Shown: piece after piece, positions 28,810 to 39,599 of the stretch
How the letters are laid out: each line of letters opens with the position of its first letter
How positions within the stretch are numbered: position 1 is the first letter of the stretch
DNA from: Octopus sinensis
Lineage: Eukaryota
Direction: 5' to 3'
Assembly: GCF_006345805.1 (NCBI RefSeq)
Contig: NC_043002.1
Span: forward strand, 117,986,001 to 118,050,000
Length of the DNA stretch: 64,000 bases
The notes under the pieces: generated by a model
The model's input: the letters and a program-made list of their open reading frames with translations, nothing else
Told to the model about the DNA's origin: nothing
The model's database searches: none
Translations under genes and position numbers: made by a program

Positions 28810-29593
28810 ACACACACATACACATGATGAGCTTCTTTAAGTTTGCGTCTACCAGATCTACTCACAAGGCCTTAGTAGGCCTGTGGCTATAGTAGAAGTC
28901 ACTTGTCCAAGGTACCACTTAGTAGGACTGAACCCAGAATCGTGTTGTGAAGCAAGCTTCTTAGCATACAACCATGCTTGTACCTCTACAGTCACTTATG
29001 TGTCATATCATTTCCCTGTACTGAGTTCACAATTTAATGGGGGTTGAATTTCTACTCTTTTGAAGTAGAAAAAAATAAGTGCTATTCTGGAATAGTGTCA
29101 ATGCATATTATATACAAATTAAAAAAGATCAATCAATGTGAGAAATTGATATTTTAAACAATAACTTTTTTTAAGGATTCCAAAGTATCAGATTAGAAAT
29201 AGTTTAATTTTTTTAAATATTTCCTCACATACCAAAGCAACCTCTAATCTAAAAAGGTAATACAGATTGCAGTTATGATAATATACGTCAGTTGTAATTC
29301 CCTGAGAAGATACACACACACACACACACACACATGTGTGTATATGTGTGTGTGTATGGGTGTGTGTGTGTGTATATATGTATATATATACATTCATACA
29401 TACATACGTACATACATACATTATATGCATAACTAGATGTATATAATGTATATGTGTAAATATGTGCATATATGCATATATATATATATATATATATAAT
29501 ATAAGTATGTATATATGAGTGCATATATTTATATATGTATTTATATATATATACAGACATGAATGCATGTATGTATATATATATCTATGTCTA

Positions 29594-29673
<80 letters not shown>

Positions 29674-29774
29674 TATACATACATACATAAATATACATAC
29701 ATAAATATATATGTATGTATGTATATACGTGTATATTTATGCATAACATATATATGCTTTATATATGTATATGA

Positions 29775-29867
<93 letters not shown>

Positions 29868-30029
29868 TATATATATAAAATAAATATAAGACAGTGGTCA
29901 CTATATGGCTCACTCTAGCACCAGTTAATCCAAAAGGTTTCAACCACAAAAATACATGTTTCCCATGAAAGTCAGTACGATTGTTAGCTCACACGGACAG
30001 GGCAAATAAAAAATAACAAAATACAGATT

Positions 30030-30113
30030 ATTTTGGGACAATTGTTTCGCTATTAATGAATTAAATGTAATTTTACTTACAAAAAAATCCACTTGTAGCT
30101 CGTCAGCCAAAAC
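30030..30113 (-). ncRNA. Type I hammerhead ribozyme (family A, inverted copy)
   Basis: GTTTTGG-CTGACGA-GCTA...TAGC-GAAA-CAATTGTC|CCAAAAT on the minus strand. Confidence 0.85.
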
Positions 30114-30280
30114 TATCTGGATGAAATCCACTCAATCACACGCCAGATTTTACCATAATGATAAATACGCGTGTGGTTCAATTGATTACATCCGACGTTA
30201 TAATTCAAATGCCCCAACTAACAGCGCGCCAAACTTTCACGGAAAACAAATACTGCATTTAGAAATAAATGCAGCAGATA

Positions 30281-30364
30281 GTTTTGGCTGACGAGCTACA
30301 AGTAGATTTTTTTGTAAGTAAAATTACATTTAATTCATTAATAGCGAAACAATTGTCCCAAAAT
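30281..30364 (+). ncRNA. Type I hammerhead ribozyme (family A)
   Basis: Stem I GTTTTGG/CCAAAAT, core CTGACGA, stem II GCTA/TAGC, GAAA, palindromic helix III ACAATTGT, GUC cleavage after 30357. Confidence 0.88.
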
Positions 30365-30813
30365 AATCTGTATTTTGTTATTTTTTATTTGCCCTGTCCG
30401 TGTGAGCTAACAATCGTACTGACTTTCATGGGAAACATGTATTTTTGTGGTTGAAACCTTTTGGATTAACTGGTGCTAGAGTGAGCCATATAGTGACCAC
30501 TCTCTTATATTTATTTTGTAAAAATATTATAATATATTATAAAATATTATAATAATCCAGGTTTCTCAGAGCACTAGGCCACTTGGTGTTGAATAGATAT
30601 ACTATTAAATTAGTATCTAATTCTCTCACCCTTATTAATTAATTATAATTATGCTGCATTTATTTCTAATGCAGTATTTGTTTTCCGTGAAAGTTTGGCG
30701 TGCTGTTAGTTGGGGCATTTGAATTATAACGTCGGATGTAATCAATTGAACCACACGCGTATTTATCGTTATGGTAAAATCTGGCGTGTGATTGAGTGGA
30801 TTTCATCCAGATA

Positions 30814-30897
30814 GTTTTGGCTGACGAGCTACAAGTGGATTTTTTTGTAAGTAAAATTACATTTAATTCATTAATAGCGAAACAATTGTCCCAAAAT
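30814..30897 (+). ncRNA. Type I hammerhead ribozyme (family A)
   Basis: Same fold as 30281-30364; GUC cleavage after 30890. Confidence 0.88.
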
Positions 30898-31313
30898 AAT
30901 CTGTATTTTGTTATTTTTTATTTGCCCTGTCCGTGTGAGCTAACAATCGTACTGACTTTCATGGGAAACATGTATTTTTGTGGTTGAAACCTTTTGGATT
31001 AACTGTGTGCTAGAGTGAGCCATTATGTGACCACTCTCTTATATTTATTTTGTAAAAATATTATAATATATTATAAAATATTATAATAATCCAGGTTTCT
31101 CGGAGCACTAGGCCACCTTGGTGTTGAATAGATATACTATTAAATTAGTATCTAATTCTCTCACCCTTATTAATAATTATATATATATATACATATATAT
31201 ATATGTATATATATATATATGTATGTATGTATCTATGCATTCATACATACAAATATACATTATATACATAACTAGATGTATAATATATATGTGTAAATAT
31301 GTTAGTGTATATA

Positions 31314-31355
<42 letters not shown>

Positions 31356-31360
31356 TGTTA

Positions 31361-31576
31361 TATTTCGGAATGGTCATATTGCCAGTTTAGCCAATAAAAA
31401 ACACGCACTATATATTCGGTGTTATTTTGCTTCAGTGATATTTATTTTTTACATTAATCTTAATCTTATTTCGGCCAGAGTTCTTTCGTCACACTTCTGT
31501 GACCCCATCAGTGGTCCTTTGCTTTCTTCTTTCTTATTTGTGTGTCTCTCCTTACTAACCGTCAGCCATTTTGTAT
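31361..31576 (-). repeat. pLTR-like repeat B with a minimal hammerhead (31473-31517)
   Basis: ~215-bp direct repeat of 36212-36426. Minus strand GGACCA-CTGATGG-G-GTCACA-GAAG-TGTGAC-GAAAGAACTC|TGGCC. Confidence 0.72.
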
Positions 31577-32010
31577 ATAAATATACATACATACATAAAT
31601 GTATATATGTATGTATATATATACATGTATATTTATGCATATACATATATATGCTTTATATATGTATATGAATATATATATTGTGGTGTGGTGATGAGGG
31701 AGTGTGACAGAGCGGGAGGGAGCGGAAGTGGGCCTTGCAGGTCTCACAGGGCGCATGCGCCGGCAGAAACGGAAGTGAGAGACAGAACGCACGTGCGGCA
31801 TCGACCAGGACAGAGAGACTTGAGAACGACGCCAAGACGAGAAGACGCTAGCAAGTTGGCTCAAGGCGAATCCGGCTTCATCTCTGCAGGTAAGACCAAA
31901 TTACACTTCTAATTCTTTCCTTGTTCTGTTACGCTCCTTTCACCACACATATTACAAGCTATTTTGGCAAAATAATCACTCGGTTTCGTAAAAAAAAAAA
32001 AAAGAAAATT

Positions 32011-32769
32011 ATGCAGACTGCTATGATTTCACGTGACCCTATAACACTGTTTTGCGGTGACACCGACGTGGTCGCTTGGTTGAGGAGGGTAAAATTGGTG
32101 GCGAAGCTACACGGCATAGCTGACCTGGCTAGTTTTATGTCGTTGTATTTGGATGGCCCGGCGTTGGCGTTATATCTGGAAATGGAGGAGACGGACCAAC
32201 GCAGCGCGGACAAGGTGGAGATCCGACTTATGGAGGCCTTCGCGGAAGGAATGTTTGAAGCGTACACTCGACTGGGTAGAATGAGGTGGACAGGACAGCA
32301 GGTGGACGTGTTCGCCGGCGAGCTGAGAAGGTTGGCAAAACTTGCGGGATATGAGGGAGAGTCGCTAGAACGCACGGTCAGGTTAGCGTTCGTGACCGGC
32401 TTTCCCGACATCATGTCGGTCGAGCTACAGAAGCTCCCAAACGTGCGTTCGATGCCGATGGCCGAGATTATATCGCGGGCACGTGTACTGGTGTCGTGCA
32501 GCAGGTTGACGTCGGTAGCAGCGACTGCAACGTCGAAAAGTGGCCCAGCTAGGAGCAACGGAGAGGGGCTGGGGAAAGAAAGAACGGTGCGATCGTTTAA
32601 GGGACAGTGTTTCCGGTGCCAGGGCCCACACATGGTCCGCGACTGCGCGTCGCCCAAGCCCGAGGTGATTTGCTACCGGTGTCGAGAGCCGGGGCATGTG
32701 GCCAGCGAGTGTCTGCGGGGAAACGGACCGCGGGAGACTACTGTGCCGGTAGTTGTCCCTTTGGATTAG
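32011..32769 (+). CDS. gag: Gypsy gag
   Basis: Open frame from ATG 32011 (MQTAMISRDPITLFCGD...WLRRVKLVAKL) with zinc knuckles CFRCQGPHMVRDC and CYRCREPGHVASEC. Confidence 0.88.
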   Translation: MQTAMISRDPITLFCGDTDVVAWLRRVKLVAKLHGIADLASFMSLYLDGPALALYLEMEETDQRSADKVEIRLMEAFAEGMFEAYTRLGRMRWTGQQVDVFAGELRRLAKLAGYEGESLERTVRLAFVTGFPDIMSVELQKLPNVRSMPMAEIISRARVLVSCSRLTSVAATATSKSGPARSNGEGLGKERTVRSFKGQCFRCQGPHMVRDCASPKPEVICYRCREPGHVASECLRGNGPRETTVPVVVPLD

Positions 32770-35300
32770 TAGCGGCGCGTTTCTCATCGTTACCTGTGGT
32801 CGACATTCTGGTGAAGGGGAAGATGTCGCGAGCCCTGGTGGACACGGGCTGTACGACGACCCTGATGACCACAGAAGTGGCAGAGACGTGGAGTGGAGGA
32901 AGCAGTGTCAGGGCAGTCGACGGAAGAGAAGTGCACTGCAAAGGAGTTACGGATGCGCAGATTGTGGTGCAGGGACTGCAGCTGACGTTGCGAGCGATTG
33001 TGGTCGGTCACTTGGTGGACGAGATCGACGTGGTGATGGGGATGGATGCGATCACCCGTCTGGGAGGTGTTACCGTCAACGAGGCTGGTGTTACGTTTGG
33101 GCTAGCAGGGAAGCCGTGTAGGGCGAGACCACGCACCGACGACAACCGTGAGGAAATGGATGCGGCGCACACCATTGAAGACCAGGATTTTCGGGCTGTC
33201 TTTGATGGCAAGAGGTGGACAGTGGAGTGGCACTGGAAGGGAGAGCCCCCGATGTTAAAGAACAAAGTGGGCTGCTATCAGCATACTCTAAAAGGAGATG
33301 CCAGAAGTGAGTTCGAGGGGGAGGTGGAGCGGTGGATTAAGGAGGGCATACTGATCCCCTGGGAAAAAGAAGAGAGCGGAGTCCTGCCACTGATGGCGGT
33401 GATACAGCCCCCACAAAGCGTAAGGTCAGGCCAGTGCTCGACTTCCGAGAGCTGAATGACCACGTGTCATGTCATACAGGCGGCGAGGCCACGGATGTCT
33501 GCGGAGACACCTTGCGAGAGTGGAGGCAGACGGCGGGGGCCTCCACGATTGTTGATTTAAAGTCGGCATACCTACAGGTGCATGTGGCTGAGAAACTATG
33601 GAGGTACCAGCTCGTCAGGTATAGGGGCTGGACGTACTGTCTGACCAGGTTGGGATTCGGGCTGAATTCAGCTCCGAAGATTATGGCAACAATTCTCAAG
33701 GCCATCCTGGGGAAGGTGGACAGAGTAAAAAGGCCACCAATTCAACATCGACGACATTCTGGTGGATGAAACCGTGATACCAGCAACGGAGGTCATAGGC
33801 CACTGAAGAGTTTGGGACTGATCGCCAAGCCGCCAGAGGCTATGGAGGGAGGTGCTGCACTGGGCCTCAAGCTATGAGAGAGAGACAAAGCCGGCGCCTT
33901 GGTGTTCCGGCGAGGGAATGAGATCCCTGAACTGGGCGCCAGCATGAGTAGACGGGAGCTGTTCTCTGTGTGTGGGAAGCTGGTGGGACACTACCCGATT
34001 GCAGGCTGGCTCTGGACAGCATGCAGCTTCATCAAGAGACGAGCCGAAGGAGTGAAGTGGAATGATAAGTGGGGGAGAGGACGATCGACATGATGCAGGA
34101 AGTCCTGGTCAGAGTAGGAGCAGAGACCCGGTGAGGGGCAGCTGGTATGTTCCCAAATCAAAGAGCGGGATCGTATGGTGTGACGCCAGTAGCATCGCAA
34201 TAGGGGTTGTCTTGGAAGTGGGAGGTGTCACGGTGGAAGATGCAGCTGGCTCAGGAAGATGGATGGCTGCAGTCACATCAACGTGGCGGAGTTGGAAGCC
34301 GTGCTGAAGGGGGTGAACTAGCCTTGAAGTGGGGGTTGCACACCATAGAAATCAGGACTGATTCAGCCACTGTACTTGGTTGGGCGACGGCAGTCATCAC
34401 CGATGAGCGGAGGGTGCGGACCAAAGGGGCTGCAGAGATGCTGGTAAAGCGTCGATTGGGGATACTGCGTGAACTGACCACTGAGTTCAATCTGAAGCTG
34501 AGCGTGATCTTTGTGCCTTCCGAGAAGAACAGGGCAGACGTCCTGACCAGGGTTAAGCGAGCCTGGTTGCAAGTGCCAGAGGATGCGAAGCAGGATGTAG
34601 CTGCAGTATGCCATCTGAGCGACTCGGAGTTGCGGAGACTGCACACCATGCATCACATGGGTGTGGACAGGACGTTGTTCCTGGCCAGGAAAGTCGACTC
34701 CGATGTAACAAGACAGAGCGTGCGGAGAGTGGTTAGCAGTTGTGACAGGTGCCAGTCCATCGACCCTGCTCCGGTCGTGCAAGAAGCAGGAAGTATTCCA
34801 GTGGACCAGGACTGGAGACGACTGGCGGTGGACATAACACACTACCGGCAGGGGACATACCTCTCAATGGTTGACTGCGGACCGGGGCGGTTCGCCATAT
34901 GGAGGGAGATGAGGTCAGGAACCGCAGAAGAAATTGAGAAAGTGCTGAAAGTGTCGCCCAGATCAGGACAAGCCGAGGAGTCGGTGTCACACAGGGCAAT
35001 ATTCAGGTACGAGTGGAGGCATCCGTGTACTACATCAATGCGACCCGGGGCAGAGGAAGAGCACGCCTTCGTGCAGGTCGGGGAGGAAGTCTGGGTAAAA
35101 CCCCCGAACGCACGGTGTACATCGCAATGGGGAAAGGGGACAATAACCTCCGTAAATTCAAAGAATAACATCTCGGTAGATGGTATGCCACGCCACGTTT
35201 TGGACATACGGAGGATTGTCCATGCCCCGGAGGATGGGACAGCAACAGTGGGCAAGACGATAACAACAGACAGGATGACGAGGTCGGCAGCAACACGCCA
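32757..35300 (+). pseudogene. pol: Gypsy pol, disrupted
   Basis: Protease LVDTGC; RT VLDFRELN, DLKSAYLQ, LGFGLNSAP; RNase H WCDASS, IRTDS; integrase H-x3-HMGV...CDRCQ and WVKPPNARCTSQW. Frameshift at the C-run 33408-33412, damaged YIDD (~33745), and the integrase catalytic core is missing near 34948. Confidence 0.9.
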
Positions 35301-35741
35301 GAAACAAGTCCTAGGGTCGCACTGCGACCACAGAGGGAGCGGCACCCTCCTCCCTGGTTGGCTGACTACGAAACCAGTTTCAGGTGCGGGAGCGAGTGAG
35401 GAAGCCGGTTCAGTGATCTATAGATCAGGGGGGCGTGTGGTGTGGTGATGAGGGAGTGTGACAGAGCGGGAGGGAGCGGAAGTGGGTCTTGCAGGTCTCG
35501 CAGGGCGCATGCGCCGGCGGAAGCGGAAATGAGAGACAGAACGCACGTGCGGCATCGACCAGGACAGAGAGACTTGAGAACGACGCCAAGACGAGAAGAC
35601 GCTAGCAAGTTGCCTCAAGGCGAATCCGGCTTCATCTCTGCAGGTAAGACCAAATTACACTTCTAATTCTTTCCTTGTTCTGTTACGCTCCTTTCACCAC
35701 ACATATTACATATATATATATATGAATATATATATATATAG

Positions 35742-35773
<32 letters not shown>

Positions 35774-35874
35774 ATGTATGTATGTTTCTATATATATATA
35801 TGCATTCATACATACAAACATACATTATATACATAACTAGATGTATATAATATATGTGCAAATATGTATGTGTA

Positions 35875-35917
<43 letters not shown>

Positions 35918-36211
35918 AAATGGACAAATGAATTATCTTGTTACGGATTATTCAAATTATAACCGATACCTGGGTAGCAAAAATCACAACGGAAAGATCA
36001 CGGTTGAGGTTACGACCATGGGGTATCGCAACCGTGCCTTAGTGCGGATAATTGAAGTTTTATATATTTAGTGAGGGAAGAAATGGAGCTGAACGAAGAT
36101 TTTACAAAATTCCTTTTTATTATTTTCTACATATGTTTCAAAGGCTGCAAATTCCCTAATTCGGATTGAATAAGGAGACCATTTTGCAGCTTTCTGCAAT
36201 ATATATATTTG

Positions 36212-36426
36212 TATTTAGGAATGGTCATTTAGCCAGTTTAGCCAATAAAAACACACGCACTATATATTTGGTGTTATTTTGCTTCGGTGTTATTTATCTT
36301 TTACATTAATCTTAATCTTATTTTGGCCAGAGTTCTTTCGTCACACTCCTGTGACCGCATCAGTGGTCCTTTGTTTTCTTCTTTCTTATTTGTGTCTCTC
36401 CTTACTAACCGTCAGCCATTTTGTAT
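36212..36426 (-). repeat. pLTR-like repeat B with a minimal hammerhead (36325-36369)
   Basis: Minus strand GGACCA-CTGATGC-G-GTCACA-GGAG-TGTGAC-GAAAGAACTC|TGGCC; lies 3' of the Penelope-like ORF on the same strand. Confidence 0.72.
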
Positions 36427-36651
36427 TTCTATTGTATGTGTCTTCATTTGCGCATGCTTATATCTCTATGTGCGTCTATGTTTAGTTAGTGTGTGTGTAG
36501 GGGGAGATGCCTGTAATATTTGTATCTTCTGTTTATATACATTCGTGTAATTTGTTTTTGTTTATTCTTATTTTGTTCATGTGTTTACACCCACTTATTA
36601 TTATCATCATCATCATCATTATTATTATTATTATTATTATCATCATCATCA

Positions 36652-36683
<32 letters not shown>

Positions 36684-36690
36684 GTCATTA

Positions 36691-36721
<31 letters not shown>

Positions 36722-36994
36722 TATTATTATGTATGTATGTATGTATATAGGTATGTATGTATGTATGTATAACAATAATAATAGTAATAATAATAATAAT
36801 AATAAAAATAAAAATAAAAAATCTAAAAATATAAAATATATATATATATATATATAAAAAATTTTTTTAAATGTATATAGTTATTGACTTCCATTTGTTT
36901 ATTTATCTGTGTATTTTATTTTATTGTTTTCAGTTTTGTTTATATTGTAACCAGTTTATGGGGATCCTCTTCTGTCATATGTTGTGGTGTGTGC

Positions 36995-39125
36995 TAGTGT
37001 TCCATTCCAGTTTCCTATTCAGGCTAGGTTTATCTTCTATTATGTGTGTAGCTTCCGTAATTTGTCTGATTGTTGCATCTGTTCTATGTGTGGACAAGAT
37101 TTTAACTTCTATGTTGTTGATTGGGCCCCCGTGTTCAGAACCGATGAGCTCTTTCCTTCCTTAAGTTCTCTCCAATGTTCATTTACCCGCTCTCCTATGC
37201 TCTGTGCTGTTTCCCCTACATATGTCATTGTCTTGTTACTGCATCGTCCCTCTGTACATCTTATACTATAGACTACATTTCTGGCTTTACAGTTTGTTTG
37301 TGGGCTAAATCTACACACAGTACAGTACCTATCCATACAGGGGGTTCTACTAAAAGGGTAGGTTCTACCGATTATGGATTTGATAGGGTTGCCTGGCTTT
37401 TCAACAACCTTAATCCTTCACTTAAGTTTGTCTAGGGTCCTTCTAAAATGGTACGCCAGTTCACCTCTAGGGGTGGTGTCGATGAACAGACACTCTGGTA
37501 TTTGTGGCTATCACACCAAGAGTTGGCCTTCCCTATTTTCTTCTTTGTCCTTTCAATAGTGTTCCATGACTTGCTCCTATAGAGTGAGCAAATCTCATTC
37601 CTATCATTACATAAGATAGTATCAAATTTCTTCATGGCTCCTTTGTATACTCTGATCCTTTCTTTATGGCTGTAACCTGAGAACTGCATGCGGTGAACGA
37701 AATGTTGTATGTGTCTCTTTAACTCTGTAGACTCGCACATGTGGGACACGTTTCGCATTATTCTGATGAGGTCTGCCATCAAAATATTGAATTTGGCATT
37801 GTCCATGATAGCTGAGTTCCGGTGGATCAAGTATTTGGAGGCCATAGGTTTGGCATAGTACGAATGAAGGATTCGGGTTTTATTATTCTCAATTTCTAGC
37901 CAGAGTTCTGTGTCTAGTACTGGTAGTCTATGGTTAGAGTGTTTAGTAGGATAGTCTATTGTGACCTTAATACTCTGGTGGATGGAGTTAGCTATTTGCT
38001 GGATGCTCTCCATAGTATTAGTTTCTATTACTATATCAACATTACTCTCTTGTGGGGGTGCCTTTACCACTCTGTTGATATCATCAACATAGCGAGAGTA
38101 CATGTTTATGAGTATGGAGTTCTGTGTTAGGCGTTCTTTAAGCCTTCTGTCCCACCATACCATGAAAAGGTTGGCCACATCACCAGCGATACTAACACCA
38201 ATGGCTGCCCCTTCGTCCTGGGCATATATTTTATTGTTAAACTTAAATGTGTGGCCTTTTAGGGTAACTATTACACTAGCTCCTAGTGCATGTGCAATCA
38301 TTTTCTTTACCTGATGGACATTTGCGGGGCTCCGTATGACTCTGGTCCATCCGCGCCATCTCTCTATATGGGTCTTCCAAGCCATAGAAATAATTGTGGG
38401 TGGTCTACCTCTTAAACGTCAACTGGGGCAGAAACTACTAAGATCATGCTTATCTAGGTATTCGTTGTCATATGTCAGTTTAAGTAAGAGGCCCAGTTCC
38501 TCTGTGTTGACATTGCGGAACTCCACCTTGCTCTTGTTGATGATTTCCACGCACTTCTCCACCGCAAAATCCATGTTGATCAATGGGTATAGGGATACCA
38601 CATCCATGCTACCCACCATACATCCTGTCAGGTCGCAAGTGTTGTTACAGTCATTGATCCTGCTGAGTAGATCTTCTGTGCTGTCACAAACATCAGGTGA
38701 CATCCGGATTATAGGGCGTATGATCATTGAGAGGAAGTAGGAGATTCTGTAATTGCTAGCGATATTCGCTCCACAGACTGGTCTTGTTGGTGGTCCTGCT
38801 ACAGGGTCAGTGGTTACTTTATGGTCCTTGCGAAGTCCATACAGTGCCGGGATATCATTGTTCCAGGCTTGGAAATTGTTAGCTGTGTGTTTCTGGGGTC
38901 CCAGAACAATTGTCTACTTCATCATGTGGGCGTTGAGGACCTTTTCTCTCTCCTCATGCACCTGTAAAGTTGTTACTTTCGTATTGGCGATATGAGGTTG
39001 CATTGCCTGGATGTAGTTCGGTAAGCTGTCCATTGACATCCTGCCGGACTTATCTGTGGGAAGGCATACCACCTCTCCATTCCTCATGCGCTGAATGAGC
39101 TTATGTAGGCCACATGCAGGTTTAA
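36995..39125 (-). mobile_element. Penelope-like element (RT + C-terminal GIY-YIG), 5'-truncated and decayed
   Basis: PTDKSG, PALYGLRKDHK..PPTRPVCGA, GSMDVVSLYP, GAAIGVSIAG, YSRYVDD, Cys-rich linker, NVVYSIRC...YVGETAQSIGERVNEH, KPSLNRKLEW; several stops and frameshifts. Confidence 0.92.
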
Positions 39126-39370
39126 TCCCGAGTTATTGGGCCTCTGTCTTATTCTGTCTCTGTCTCTTAGTGTATAGTTCTAAAATCTGTCTAAGTCTGG
39201 TCCTAGCTATAGGTTTCAACAATTTTTGACTAATTCTGAAATTGTATCAGCAGTTTATATTTGCTGCTGAGTAGTTGGCGCGGTTACGTTGGATTTCGAA
39301 AAATTAGGATATATATACTCGGGGCTTCAATGGTATCACCTCGTGTGTATATGGTTGCCTTTTCTTTTGG

Positions 39371-39469
39371 GACTTTGCTGATGAAACAAACCAATCGTAA
39401 ACGGATTTAATTTAATTTAATTAAGTTCGATTGCGTAAAAATTGTTGAAACCTTGCAGGGTACAAAGTT
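39371..39469 (+). ncRNA. Type I hammerhead ribozyme with extended stem II
   Basis: GACTTTG-CTGATGA-AACAA-[CAATCG/CGATTG inner stem]-TTGTT-GAAA-CCT-TGCA-GGG-TA|CAAAGTT: all core bases canonical, 7-bp stem I, GUA site after 39462. Confidence 0.85.
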
Positions 39470-39599
39470 GGAAAGGGATAAATGTTTTTATTTCACCTTT
39501 AGCTTTCAGAATTACTACTATTTTTGCGGTTTGAGTTTTGGCTGCTCTTTTCAAGTGAGTCGAACGACCTGTAAGGGTCTTTCCTTAATATTTTGTTGT

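Larger units (their letters stand above)
29877..31185. mobile_element. Non-coding HHR-bearing repeat cluster (inverted copy plus two tandem copies; retrozyme/pLTR-like)
   Basis: 29877-30276 is the reverse complement of the first ~400 nt of unit 30652-31185; 30277-30651 is a 5'-truncated direct copy. Copies differ at only a handful of positions. Confidence 0.88.
31682..35710 (+). mobile_element. Gypsy/Ty3 LTR retrotransposon, young but defective
   Basis: 275-bp LTRs 31682-31956 and 35436-35710 (TG...CA, 6 differences); PPT-like aggggggcg before the 3' LTR; TATAT on both flanks within (TA)n; domain order gag-PR-RT-RH-IN. Confidence 0.96.

Noticed and set aside
29940-30987. Three copies of a 61-63 aa ORF (..IVLADELQVDFF..)
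   Set aside because: Two start at non-ATG codons, all are short and AT-biased, and they overlap the ribozyme; the conserved feature is RNA structure.
37415-37425. In-frame TGA in the Penelope linker as selenocysteine
   Set aside because: The same element has a TAG stop and frameshifts, and I saw no SECIS. Sec-coding PLEs are known from the N-terminal-endonuclease Naiad group, whereas this element has a C-terminal endonuclease.
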